Shown in pieces: positions 1 to 9,741 of a stretch of DNA of 60,919 bases. The notes beneath the pieces were generated by a model. The model ran no database searches and had not been told where the DNA came from. It saw only the letters and a program-made list of their open reading frames with translations. The stretch spans positions 1 to 60,919 of the forward strand of contig JBAXJR010000010.1 in NCBI GenBank assembly GCA_037137755.1, read 5' to 3'. This stretch comes from Methanomicrobiales archaeon (lineage in GTDB: Archaea; Halobacteriota; Methanomicrobia; Methanomicrobiales; Methanospirillaceae). The number at the start of each line of letters is the position of its first letter. Within the stretch, counting starts at the first letter, position 1. The position numbers and the translations under genes were made by a program.

Positions 1-644
1 TGAAAAAACTGAATGCTGACAATACCCCGGATAGTATCACGCTTGTCCTTGAACGGATCATTGATGAAAATAACGACCGTAATTTTGAGTTTCTCCGTGG
101 AATAGAAGCACACGGGGACAGCATCAGCAAGTCATTGATCGAGGAAAAAATGGGCCGGCAACAGATCGCCCGTGACATCTACAATATGAAGCATATCCTG
201 ATCAATTACCTGAATGTCCTCTGGGCAACGAAGGACGTAACAGAATCGCTCCGTTACGGCGATTCGGACCTTATCACCGACGACGAACACCTCCTTGGAA
301 GGATTGGAATACTTTCGAACAGCATCGACCGCCATATCGAACTGTCCGAGCAGATGTCAAATGTACTCGCATCCGGCCTCGAAGTGATGCAGAGTATTTA
401 CAATAACCAGCTACAGAGCCTTAATAACCGGTTTGCCCTGGTGACTGCCTACTTAACGGTGCTCGGTACGGCATTCCTTGTCCCGAATACCATAGCGACA
501 ATTGCAGGCAGTGGGGTAATGGAAGGCACGATGGCAGAACAGTGGTGGTATATACCCCTGCTTGGCCTCTCGACAATCGTAGCAACGTTGGCTTCGTTCC
601 TCTGGGTGCTCTATGTCTGGAAACGCCGGAAAGACGATGTATAA
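1..644 (+). CDS. CorA/ZntB-like divalent cation transporter, 5'-truncated by the window edge
   Basis: The frame of ORF 135..644 stays open back to position 3 (KKLNADNTPDSITLVLERIIDENNDRNFEFLRGIE...). A long stalk helix (...SIYNNQLQSLNNRF) is followed by two C-terminal TM helices, as in CorA. The GMN motif is absent. Confidence 0.75.
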   Translation, partial: KKLNADNTPDSITLVLERIIDENNDRNFEFLRGIEAHGDSISKSLIEEKMGRQQIARDIYNMKHILINYLNVLWATKDVTESLRYGDSDLITDDEHLLGRIGILSNSIDRHIELSEQMSNVLASGLEVMQSIYNNQLQSLNNRFALVTAYLTVLGTAFLVPNTIATIAGSGVMEGTMAEQWWYIPLLGLSTIVATLASFLWVLYVWKRRKDDV

Positions 645-669
645 CAAAAGGACCATATTTTGAATGGTG

Positions 670-705
670 AGGTGGTGGACCGTTTGTCCAACACCTATTT
701 TTTTT
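670..705 (+). terminator. Hairpin plus T-tract between convergent corA and fdhB
   Basis: AGGTGGTGGAC-cgttt-GTCCAACACCT followed by T8. Confidence 0.5.
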
Positions 706-756
706 ATGCTGTTTTAAAAAGAATCGCCTGAATTCCTAAGATTTTCCATAAAAAAA

Positions 757-2007
757 TTAGTTTTTTCCGGGGTTGAACACATTATCAAAGATCTGGTCCG
801 ACCCGGTATTAGCCAGCCTTTCACGTTCTGTCGGTTCTTCTGCAAATCCAAGTACTGGTAACTCCATGCTGACCCCTGGAACGTGGTTAAACATCTTCTC
901 CATTTCAACCTGCTGGGAGTGCATGAAGAGGGCATTCGGTATTTCCATGGGACAGTTCTCTTCACACTGCCCGCAATTGACACAGGAATCTGATATATGG
1001 GCGAACCGGATCATGTGGAACATGAAATTGACGGGGAGTTCTCCCGGTGCCACAAGGTACGGTTTCTTTGTACTGCATTCCACACAGTAACAAATCGGAC
1101 AGTTTTCAATACAGGCGTAACACTTGATACACCGCGAGGTTTCTTTCACGATCTTCGTAAGGCGCACCTTGCCCTCCCCAAGTGCTGTGAAGTCATGTTT
1201 TCGCCACTTGTCCCCGAGCTTGAACATAGCACCTTCTACTTTTGCCCTGATTTCGATGCCTTTCGGGTTTGCCTGCTCGGTTGCGACTGCACCGGCTTTT
1301 ACCGCCGCACTCAACAGTTTAGCTCCCTTTTCACTGCAAACTTCAACAAACGTTGCTTTTCCTGCCTTATCACCAATGATACCCCAGTTACCGCAGGCGA
1401 GATCTGCCTGGCGGGGGATTTTCATCTTGCAGCGACGGCAATTGGAGCGACGGCCAAAACCGGCTTCCTCGAGCTCATCGATGGAAATGCCTTTGTGCCC
1501 ACCTTCGTATTCGATGATAAACTGCCCTTTGTCGATCTCCTCCTTGTGTACAATTTCGGGGTCAACATCGAACTTCTCCCGTATCATTTTCCTTGCAAGG
1601 ACAGGGCTTACAGTCCCACCACAATTTACCCCGATCATGATAATATTATCAAGATCTATCTGCTGGCGTTTTGCAAGCTCGTACATCCCCATTGCATCGC
1701 AGCCCTTTACCGTGACTGCAATCTTCTTGCCCCATGCCCCGTTCAGATATTTCTTGATCAGTTTCGACATCAGGAGCGTACCACAGTGTAGTGATCCAGC
1801 AGTCTGGTCGATATCCTTCGGGTCAGTGATAATTACAGGGACTGCATCATAGACATCAACGCCCCGCTTAACGGCAAGGACCGCGTCAACGGTCTTGCTC
1901 TCAAGGGCATACTTGAGGAGTGCAGAAACGGCCCCTCCACATTCCGCCTTCTTTGCGAGGTCGGCATTCGTGGTCCACGCATAGACCATGTCACCTTTTG
2001 CGGCCAT
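757..2007 (-). CDS. fdhB: F420-dependent formate dehydrogenase beta subunit (FrhB/FdhB family)
   Basis: ECGGAVSALL, GSLHCG, GVNCGG and NCRRC motifs plus C-terminal 2x[4Fe-4S] (CIKCYACIENCP, CVNCGQCEENCP). Directly downstream of fdhA. Confidence 0.95.
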   Translation of the reverse strand: MAAKGDMVYAWTTNADLAKKAECGGAVSALLKYALESKTVDAVLAVKRGVDVYDAVPVIITDPKDIDQTAGSLHCGTLLMSKLIKKYLNGAWGKKIAVTVKGCDAMGMYELAKRQQIDLDNIIMIGVNCGGTVSPVLARKMIREKFDVDPEIVHKEEIDKGQFIIEYEGGHKGISIDELEEAGFGRRSNCRRCKMKIPRQADLACGNWGIIGDKAGKATFVEVCSEKGAKLLSAAVKAGAVATEQANPKGIEIRAKVEGAMFKLGDKWRKHDFTALGEGKVRLTKIVKETSRCIKCYACIENCPICYCVECSTKKPYLVAPGELPVNFMFHMIRFAHISDSCVNCGQCEENCPMEIPNALFMHSQQVEMEKMFNHVPGVSMELPVLGFAEEPTERERLANTGSDQIFDNVFNPGKN

Positions 2008-2008
2008 G

Positions 2009-4078
2009 TTATTTTACCACCTGGATCTTTTCAATAGCAACGGCACAGTGCTTGAGTTCCGGCATCTTGGATAGTGGGTCAAGGGCCGTATTGGTGAGGG
2101 TGTTTGCCCCCTTATGGAAGTGCATTGGCATGTACAGCACCTTTGGAGCGAGACCAGTACTCACCCGTGCAATGGTCTCGATTTCACCTCGGCGGCTGCG
2201 TACTTTGATCTTCTCGTGTTGTTTGATACCGAGTTCCTTTGCATCCTCCGCGTTCATCTCGATGAAGGACTCGGGCACTTCGTAGTGCAACACCTTGCAT
2301 CGATCGGTCTGTGTCCTCGTATGGTAGTGGAAGATCACACGACCGGTCATGAGCGTGTATGGATATTCGGCATCCGCAACTTCCGCGGGTGGACGATACT
2401 CCAGGCCAAAAAATGTCCCAAGACCATCGGCTGCTGCGAACTTCTCCCGATGGAGGATTGGTGTCCCGGGGTGCTCGATGGTCGGGCAGGGCCAGTGGAC
2501 TGATTCAGGCTTCTCCATCTTCTCATAGGTTACACCGAACTGGCCGGGAGTGCACGCCCGCATGTCGTCCCAGACGTCCTTTCCGGTCTTCCAGTCAAAG
2601 CCCTTGAGGCCCATCTTCTTGGCAAGGAGACCAATTATCTCCCAGTCAAGCTTCGACTCTCCGGGGCCATCGACCGCCTTCCGGACGCGATTGACCCGCC
2701 TCTCACCGCTGGTAAAAGTCCCGTCCTTTTCTGCAAAACAGGAACCTGGAAGGACCACATCCGCATACTCACAAGTCTCATTCCAGAAAATATCCTGTAC
2801 TACACAGAAATCGAGTTTGTCAAGCTGTCTCATCACATGGTTGGAATCCGGGTAGGAGACTACGGGGTTTAAACCCATGAAATACAGCGCCTTGATCGGG
2901 TCGCCGCACTGGTTGATCTGCTCGGTTAAGGTCACGCCGTACCAGTCGGGCAGGGAACCTTCCTTCAGGAACCATAGCTTCTCCATCTTTTCACGGTTGG
3001 CGGGAAGTGCAACAGGCTGGTACCCGGAGAAGACGTTCGGGTATGCACCCATGTCGCATGCGCCCTGTACATTGTTCTGGCCACGGAGCGGGTTCACACC
3101 TACACCAGGGCGACCTATGTTACCGGTGAGCATCGATAAGTTACCCATCGAACGGACGTTATCGGTACCGGTAGTCAGTTCGGTGATGCCGAGGCAGTAG
3201 ATGATGACCGCATTCTTTGCATTTGCATACTTGCGGGCAAAATCCTTGACCTTCTCGAGCGGGACACCATGGATTGATTCGACATCGGCATAATTCTCGA
3301 CAGTCTTCTTCAGGTCCTCGTAGCCCTTGGTACGGTTCTTGATGAACTCCTTGTCCTCAAGGCCTTCCTTGATGATCCAGTACATCATGGAGTTGGCGAG
3401 CGCAATGTGGGTAGATGGATTGAACTGGATCCACTCGTCCGCAAGCCGTGCCGTTGCACTGTAGCGCGGGTCAACGACAATGATCGGTGTCCCCTTCATT
3501 TTTGCCTGCGTAATACGACGACCGGCAAGCGGATGTGCTTCGACCGCATTCGAGCCCCATACGACGATCAGGTCGGAGTTAAGGACATCCTCGAACGGGT
3601 TGGTCGCTGCACCGGAACCAAACGAGAGTGATAGCCCTGCGACCGAAGGTCCGTGGCAGATGCGGGCGCAGTTGTCGACGTTGTTCGTCAGGAACCCGGC
3701 TCGGGCCCACTTCTGCAGTGCGTAGCAGTCCTCGTTGATAGTACGGCACGAGCTCTGGAAACCAAGCGCCTTCGGTCCGAGCTTATCGGAGATCTCCGTA
3801 AACTTCCTGACAATCAGGTCCAGGGCCTCGTCCCACGTGGCCTCCTCGAATTTGCCGTTTTTCTTGATCAACGGTTTTGTAAGGCGGTCCGGGTTGTGAA
3901 CGGGTTCCCAGCAGGTCATCCCTTTCGGGCACAGTTTACCTTCGTTGACCGGTGAACGCTTGTATGGTTCGACCCCAACACATTTCCCATCAACGACGAC
4001 GAGGTTCAGGCCACAACCAACACCACAATAGGGGCAGGTCGTCGCCACGTATTTCATATTCTGTTTAACTTCACTCAT
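2009..4078 (-). CDS. fdhA: Formate dehydrogenase alpha subunit (Mo/W-bis-PGD), Cys form
   Basis: TTCPYCGVGC...LCPKG Fe-S motif, active-site DNCARICH, LRGQNNVQGACDMG, and a C-terminal molydop-binding domain. Confidence 0.97.
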   Translation of the reverse strand: MSEVKQNMKYVATTCPYCGVGCGLNLVVVDGKCVGVEPYKRSPVNEGKLCPKGMTCWEPVHNPDRLTKPLIKKNGKFEEATWDEALDLIVRKFTEISDKLGPKALGFQSSCRTINEDCYALQKWARAGFLTNNVDNCARICHGPSVAGLSLSFGSGAATNPFEDVLNSDLIVVWGSNAVEAHPLAGRRITQAKMKGTPIIVVDPRYSATARLADEWIQFNPSTHIALANSMMYWIIKEGLEDKEFIKNRTKGYEDLKKTVENYADVESIHGVPLEKVKDFARKYANAKNAVIIYCLGITELTTGTDNVRSMGNLSMLTGNIGRPGVGVNPLRGQNNVQGACDMGAYPNVFSGYQPVALPANREKMEKLWFLKEGSLPDWYGVTLTEQINQCGDPIKALYFMGLNPVVSYPDSNHVMRQLDKLDFCVVQDIFWNETCEYADVVLPGSCFAEKDGTFTSGERRVNRVRKAVDGPGESKLDWEIIGLLAKKMGLKGFDWKTGKDVWDDMRACTPGQFGVTYEKMEKPESVHWPCPTIEHPGTPILHREKFAAADGLGTFFGLEYRPPAEVADAEYPYTLMTGRVIFHYHTRTQTDRCKVLHYEVPESFIEMNAEDAKELGIKQHEKIKVRSRRGEIETIARVSTGLAPKVLYMPMHFHKGANTLTNTALDPLSKMPELKHCAVAIEKIQVVK

Positions 4079-4474
4079 CCAAAATCTCCTGGTTTGTCAC
4101 TTGTTTGTTAACATTAATAGGTTAATTTTTTTCTATTAAAACTTCTAACCTAACTTTCTTGTCCCGGAGCTTATATAATATTTCTGAATTTTTCTTAATA
4201 ATTGATGATTAGTGGTGGGTGATGTAAACTATATTTACTTTACACCCTTGACAGGTGCTAGGGACCATGCCAACTACCTGTTGAGAAAAACAATTCGTTT
4301 CGGAAGGAGAATTGTTCTGATTCAACCATTTTCCGAGTTGTACCGGCCACCGGTGTTTCTGAATTTATACTGGGGCATCAAAACCGGTTGAATGGATTAG
4401 TTGCATTAATAAGTTCAGTTTAACCTTAAACCACCATTAATAACATTACAAAATAGTACCTTATACTGATACGA

Positions 4475-5113
4475 ATGACGGCCCATACAGATAATTCCAG
4501 TAATCTGGCAGCAATAATGGATAAGGCGAGAATAAATTCAAAATTACAAAGTTATGTCCAGGGCACCGTTACCCTCCATAGTTACCCTGCACCGGGAGTG
4601 CTCATTGGAGCGATAATGGTGGATTACGCACTTGAACTCCTCGGGACGACACCGGACGAGAAATTATTCGCAGTCTGTGAAACACCAAAATGTCTCCCCG
4701 ATGCCATTCAGGCGATCGCCCACTGCACAACCGGGAACAAGCGGCTCCAGGTACTACCCATCGGTAAGTTTGCAATTACCATGAATATCAGTTCAAAAGA
4801 GGCCGCTATTGATGCGGTACGTGTTTTTGTTGATTCGCAAAAACTGGAGGACTATAAAACAATCAATACCTGGTTTATTAATTCACCCGTGTATGACAGG
4901 CATACCATGGCTGAACTACTCCAGGAAGAAATTTTCACGGCCGGCAGGAATATCCTCTCTTTCGAGCGGGTAATCGTAAAAACGTCGCAGAAACAAAAAT
5001 GGAATTCCGTTACCTGTCCTGAATGCGGAGATATGGTCCCGGATTACATGCTTGAGAATAACAAATGTGCGGCCTGTGGATCAAAGGGATATTACGATAA
5101 AATAAAAGGATGA
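4475..5113 (+). CDS. FmdE-family protein with C-terminal Zn ribbon
   Basis: HSYPAPGVLIG, ETPKCLPDAIQAIAHCTTGN and GKFAIT are FmdE-like. C-terminal CPECGD...CAAC. Confidence 0.85.
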   Translation: MTAHTDNSSNLAAIMDKARINSKLQSYVQGTVTLHSYPAPGVLIGAIMVDYALELLGTTPDEKLFAVCETPKCLPDAIQAIAHCTTGNKRLQVLPIGKFAITMNISSKEAAIDAVRVFVDSQKLEDYKTINTWFINSPVYDRHTMAELLQEEIFTAGRNILSFERVIVKTSQKQKWNSVTCPECGDMVPDYMLENNKCAACGSKGYYDKIKG

Positions 5114-5120
5114 TTCTTTT

Positions 5121-5951
5121 TCACTGGTAGAGCGATTCAGGAATGTTTATCCGGTCCGGGGCACTGTAGATCATCATTCTCGGGGGCCTTGCAAACCCTG
5201 CAAGCGTCATATTCACCTGGCGTGCAAGGCAGATCCCCGTTGAAAATGGCGATGTATTGCTCACCAATATGGGAATACCTGCCCGGTATGCCTTTGCCAC
5301 CATCCCGGCAGGTAATCTCCCTGTAACTACCATGAAACACCGTGAAAGGTCTATACCATCGAGTAATGCCCTTCCCACCGCTTTATCAACCGAATTATGC
5401 CGCCCCATATCTTCCATCGCAGATTTGATCTCGCCATGTTCATCCAGGATCACCGAACAGTGTGTACCCCCGGTAATTCTCCATGTCTTTGAAAGGTGGC
5501 GGATCTTTTCCATCGCATCAAATATCGTTTGTAAATCTACACAAAGGCCATCGGGAAGTGGCTCAGTCAACAATTCCCAGGTAGTTTTTACACCGACACA
5601 TCCCGAGCTCCGGATTTCGGTATTTCCTGACGACGGATCATATGCAGGATTGGAAACGGTTACTGAGATATTTGGAGGGTCTATTGTGATACCCGTGATA
5701 TCATTGATAGAGGTGACGAGACCCTCACAGATACAATAGCCATAGGCATAGGCCTCAAGGTCTTTTGATGTCAGTGTCAGACTTGCAACTCTTATACCAT
5801 TCAGTAACAGGTTGACACTATCCTCAACCGATACCTCAACCCAGGTTTTTTCAACACCATGTTCGGTGATATCAACGATTTCATATTCACGTGTCACGGT
5901 GTCCATCGTTTGCCCGGTAAGGTTTGAGGATTGAATAGGAGAATTCTGCAT
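5121..5951 (-). CDS. fdhD: Formate dehydrogenase accessory sulfurtransferase FdhD
   Basis: TGGTH, EDMGRHNSVDKAVG, TGRLPAGMVAK and GFAR motifs. Next to fdhAB. The start may be 5906. Confidence 0.93.
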   Translation of the reverse strand: MQNSPIQSSNLTGQTMDTVTREYEIVDITEHGVEKTWVEVSVEDSVNLLLNGIRVASLTLTSKDLEAYAYGYCICEGLVTSINDITGITIDPPNISVTVSNPAYDPSSGNTEIRSSGCVGVKTTWELLTEPLPDGLCVDLQTIFDAMEKIRHLSKTWRITGGTHCSVILDEHGEIKSAMEDMGRHNSVDKAVGRALLDGIDLSRCFMVVTGRLPAGMVAKAYRAGIPILVSNTSPFSTGICLARQVNMTLAGFARPPRMMIYSAPDRINIPESLYQ

Positions 5952-6396
5952 ATTATACCTCTAACAGGTGAATACAGCAGTTGAATGCTGATTTTAACAC
6001 ATAACGGATTCTATTCCGTCAGACAATCTGTATTGCATACTATGTGTACTTTTAATAAAAATTAAATCTATTCACAGACCCAGCGGTTTTTCCCGCTTCA
6101 TAATATTGAGTTAAACTAACTGGAGAGTGTTGTAAATTAATAATTGTGAATAATAGAAATATATTTAATATAATAGGTTAACATTTGTACCGGGCACTCA
6201 CTTGTGAACTGCAATGTCATGAGAAGTACGATCACACACATCATCGAAAACGAAATCACGAATGAGAATTGATCTGGTCGGATTTGATCATATCACGCCC
6301 AAAATATTCAGCTCAACATATAAGAAGAAAAATTTATTTTGGCCTCGGTAAGCCCGTATCTCCAGGTTTGTGGAGTCCACAGGGAAAGATCTTTTC

Positions 6397-6422
6397 AGTG
6401 GGGTACTTCCCCACTAAAAAAG
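6397..6422 (-). terminator. Perfect 7-bp hairpin with adjacent T-tract downstream of mop
   Basis: AGTGGGG-tactt-CCCCACT followed by A7 (T7 on the minus strand). Confidence 0.4.
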
Positions 6423-6505
6423 ATTACAAATGCCATTATTACGGTTTCGTTCTAACCCGGTTTAATTAAGACCAGATGTCCGTTAAAATCAAACAATGAC
6501 AAGTT

Positions 6506-6724
6506 TTAGTCGATCCCAACCATCACTTCTGAGGCTTTCATGACAGCATAGACCTTAGACCCTTCTTTCAGATTCATTGTTTCTGCGGAGTGGGTAGTAA
6601 TGGAAGAAACGATCTCGTTGCCGCCGGCAATTGAAATAACTACTTCCGTGCTGACCGGACCTTTCTTGATCATCTTCACGGTTCCTGGGATTTGATTTCG
6701 TGCACTAATTTTCATGGTTTTCAC
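6506..6724 (-). CDS. Molbindin / Mop TOBE-domain molybdate-binding protein
   Basis: MKISARNQIPG...SITTHSAETMNLKEG...AVMKASEVM is the Mop signature. Divergent from modA. Confidence 0.93.
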   Translation of the reverse strand: MKTMKISARNQIPGTVKMIKKGPVSTEVVISIAGGNEIVSSITTHSAETMNLKEGSKVYAVMKASEVMVGID

Positions 6725-6951
6725 TATGCATACTTAATGAAGGCCATATTTAAACGTATCAATCGAGGAATAAGAAATATAGTTCTGTTCTTTTAAGATG
6801 CAACTACTAGATTTTAGTGATCAGCCGATTGTTCAGATAACGCGATCCCCAGTTGTCATGGTACCAGATTGATGAAAAATGTCAACTATATATTATAAAC
6901 AATTAGAAGAGTAAATCAATAATGTTTTAATATACTCTGACACATGGATTA

Positions 6952-7866
6952 ATGAAAGCTATGACCATTAAAAATGACAAACTACTTGCCGGCACAATTC
7001 TTTGCGTCGTACTCTGCATCGCTCTTGCATTTGCAGGATGTACCTCAGGCACACCTCCACAGGTCACAACAACACCCACACCAACAACCGGGGTCACAAC
7101 CCCGCCACCCACACAGGTCGTAACCGTCAAACCTACGACTCCGGCAATCCAAAAAACACTGATATCATTTACAGCTGCATCATTATCTGGTGCTTCCGAT
7201 AAAATAGGACCCACATTCTATAATACATCCGGAAATACCGTGAAATTTAATCTCGACGGAACACAGGTCCTGAAACAGCAGATTGAACAGGGTGCCAATG
7301 CAGATCTTTTCATCTCCGCCAGCAACACCTACACAAACGGCCTGAAAAGCGAAGGGTACCTCATTAACAGTACGGTCAAAAACCTCACATCCAATTATAT
7401 TATCGTAATTATTCCCGCAGGGAACCCGGGGAACATTAAATCACTGGCTGATCTCGGCATACCCGGGAAGCGTATTGCAATGGGGACCCCCGAAGTCCCG
7501 GTTGGCGTGAATACCCGGCAGATCATTAATAAACTCGCCAACAGCACCTACAATAAAACATGGCAGGAGAACCTTAACAAGAACGTGAAGACCCTGGAAA
7601 CTACTGAACCGGGTGTAGTCACCAAAGTAGCACTGGGAGAGGTTGACGCTGGATTTGTTTATGAATCATCATATAAGGCTGCAAAAGGAGGGACACTGAG
7701 TCCAATAAATATTCCCGTAAAGGATAATATACTCCAGATCTATACCATCGGTATTCTCAATTCGACCGCAGATAAGGCAGCTGCCCAGAATTTTGAGGAT
7801 TTCATGCTCTCAACCGATGGCCAGAAGATCCTTTCTGATTTCGGATTCCGTCCATACGGGACCTAA
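6952..7866 (+). CDS. modA: Molybdate ABC transporter substrate-binding lipoprotein
   Basis: Signal peptide with AGC, Thr/Pro linker, AASLS, QIEQGANADLFISA, VPVG and DAGFVY. Confidence 0.92.
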   Translation: MKAMTIKNDKLLAGTILCVVLCIALAFAGCTSGTPPQVTTTPTPTTGVTTPPPTQVVTVKPTTPAIQKTLISFTAASLSGASDKIGPTFYNTSGNTVKFNLDGTQVLKQQIEQGANADLFISASNTYTNGLKSEGYLINSTVKNLTSNYIIVIIPAGNPGNIKSLADLGIPGKRIAMGTPEVPVGVNTRQIINKLANSTYNKTWQENLNKNVKTLETTEPGVVTKVALGEVDAGFVYESSYKAAKGGTLSPINIPVKDNILQIYTIGILNSTADKAAAQNFEDFMLSTDGQKILSDFGFRPYGT

Positions 7867-7934
7867 ACGGGATAATATTTTCAATTAATTTTTAACATAT
7901 ATTAACTCTTTAGTTATGGGGTACGAAAGCATCC

Positions 7935-8744
7935 ATGGCAACTCACCTCAGGATATCAAAATCACTGGCCCTGATAGTAGCCGTTACCAGTATCGGATTG
8001 GTGGTAGCGTATCTTGCACTCCCTATTATTGCCCTGTTCTTTCATTCCAGTCCTGAACAGTTTATCTCATCACTTACAGAGCCAAAAGTGATCGATGCAC
8101 TGGTACTAAGCCTGGTAACCTCAACAATTGCCATGGGAGTCATTGTTATTGTAGGAACACCCGCTGCCTATTTCCACTCCCGGATGGATTACCCGGGGAA
8201 AAATATTGTGGATATCCTGATCGACCTACCACTTGTCCTCCCCCCGGCAGTTGCCGGGTTGGCGTTGCTCCTGCTGTACGGACGAATGGGTATGTTCGGG
8301 CAATACCTCCATATGTTTGGGATAGATATCGCATTCACCATAATCGCCGTTATTATGGCCCAGATCTTCGTTGCCTCGCCGTTTTACCTCAGGCAGGCGA
8401 AAGCTCTCTTCGGACAACTGGACCCTTCATATGAACAGACGGCCAGGTCTCTGGGCGCCTCGCCACTCTTTGTGTTCGCAACGATTGTCCTCCCCCTCAC
8501 GTTTGAAGGCCTCCTTTCCGGATTAGTTATGACATTTGCACGTGCTCTTGGAGAATTCGGGGCTACCATCATGGTTGCAGGCAACCTGCCCGGGGTAACC
8601 CAGACGATGCCTCTTGCCATTTACGGTGCGATGCAGGGAGATTTCAATACCGCAATCACCATCTCAATACTTCTCGTGATAATATCATTCGGAATTATGG
8701 TCATAATCAGTATCCTCACAAAAAGGCGGGGTTTACTTGCTTGA
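7935..8744 (+). CDS. modB: Molybdate ABC transporter permease
   Basis: DLPLVLPPAVAG, EQTARSLGAS, FARALGEFGAT and TQTMPLAIY. Confidence 0.93.
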   Translation: MATHLRISKSLALIVAVTSIGLVVAYLALPIIALFFHSSPEQFISSLTEPKVIDALVLSLVTSTIAMGVIVIVGTPAAYFHSRMDYPGKNIVDILIDLPLVLPPAVAGLALLLLYGRMGMFGQYLHMFGIDIAFTIIAVIMAQIFVASPFYLRQAKALFGQLDPSYEQTARSLGASPLFVFATIVLPLTFEGLLSGLVMTFARALGEFGATIMVAGNLPGVTQTMPLAIYGAMQGDFNTAITISILLVIISFGIMVIISILTKRRGLLA

Positions 8745-9411
8745 GATTTCAGTGTCACGGCAATTGCGTGATTATGAACTTTCAGTAAACCTTACCGTAA
8801 AACCGGGGGAGTTCCTCATCCTCACCGGGAATAACGGGGCAGGTAAATCTACCATATTAAACATAGTGGCCGGCTTTATGATCCCGGATCACGGGTATAT
8901 CAGGGCAGATGGAAAAACAATGTTCGATTCAGCCAACGGTACAACGATTCCTCCGGAAGAACGCCAGATAGGCTATGTTTTTCAGAACTCTGCTGTTTTT
9001 CCCCACCTTACCGTATCTGAAAACATTGCATACGGATTACGGGCCAAGGGAATGGACAAGTCAGTCCGTGATAGAAAAGTGGCCGGATTAATCGAACGGT
9101 TGAAGCTTGATCAACTCCTTGATTACAAGGCGGACAAGCTTTCAGGTGGGCAGATGCAGCTTGTTGCCCTGGGAAGAGCAATTGCTATTGATCCTGTCCT
9201 CCTCCTTCTTGATGAACCATACCAGGCCCTGGACAGTACGGTATACCCGATTGTAAAGGACTGCATACAGGATATTGTGCAGTCATTGGAGATCCCCTGT
9301 ATTCTTGTGACACACCAGGATTCTGACCAGGAACCCGCAAATTGCAGGACCTGCAGAATACACGAAGGCAAAATTGTTGACCCTTTTACTTTTGTTGATA
9401 AACAAGGTTAA
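8737..9411 (+). CDS. modC: Molybdate ABC transporter ATPase (short, no TOBE domain)
   Basis: Walker A GNNGAGKS, LSGGQ signature, LLLDEP and VTH. Overlaps modB. Confidence 0.9.
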   Translation: MLEISVSRQLRDYELSVNLTVKPGEFLILTGNNGAGKSTILNIVAGFMIPDHGYIRADGKTMFDSANGTTIPPEERQIGYVFQNSAVFPHLTVSENIAYGLRAKGMDKSVRDRKVAGLIERLKLDQLLDYKADKLSGGQMQLVALGRAIAIDPVLLLLDEPYQALDSTVYPIVKDCIQDIVQSLEIPCILVTHQDSDQEPANCRTCRIHEGKIVDPFTFVDKQG

Positions 9412-9539
9412 CCGAAGTAGTAATATTAATCATTATGATTAATGGGTCCTGAAAGAATCTGTTTTTAAATTAATCACATATAGTTAATAAAATTGAAAAA
9501 AGAAACATATTTAATTTAATTACGCCAATAAAATTATGG

Positions 9540-9558
9540 CCACATTATAGATATGTGG
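9540..9558. promoter_or_regulatory. Inverted repeat CCACAT-N7-ATGTGG, candidate operator upstream of mobB
   Basis: Perfect 6-bp inverted repeat in an AT-rich intergenic region. Confidence 0.3.
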
Positions 9559-9741
9559 TTAAGGGTAATCTTTGGAAAATGTAGCGTGATGGGTTCTTTC
9601 CTAGCTTATCACGCAACATTTTCCAACAGCACCAGCTGGGAATTTGAGATTACACATCAGCTTCCTTGTTTTGACATTATATAGGTAATAATTCCTAAAA
9701 GACCAGATTTTACTACATGATTATACTATAATAAAGTAAGG

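Noticed and set aside
714-3955. Long antisense and alternate-frame ORFs over fdhAB (e.g. 997..1791, 1124..1852), and similar ones over fwd, moeA, the primase and the kinases
   Set aside because: Shadow ORFs of strongly supported genes, with no recognisable motifs.
4240-4360. Moco/Tuco-riboswitch-like words and the AACAATTC-N12-GAATTGTT inverted repeat between fdhA and fmdE
   Set aside because: The conserved riboswitch elements are not in the right order. The inverted repeat is single and unsupported.
6361-6422. ORB-like word TCCACAGGGAAA...GGGGT
   Set aside because: Single copy, wrong spacing and 23 kb from cdc6. The G-run is explained by the terminator hairpin.
7060-7145. ACA/CCA-rich repetitive tract in modA
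   Set aside because: It encodes the Thr/Pro linker typical of methanogen lipoproteins and is not a DNA repeat element.
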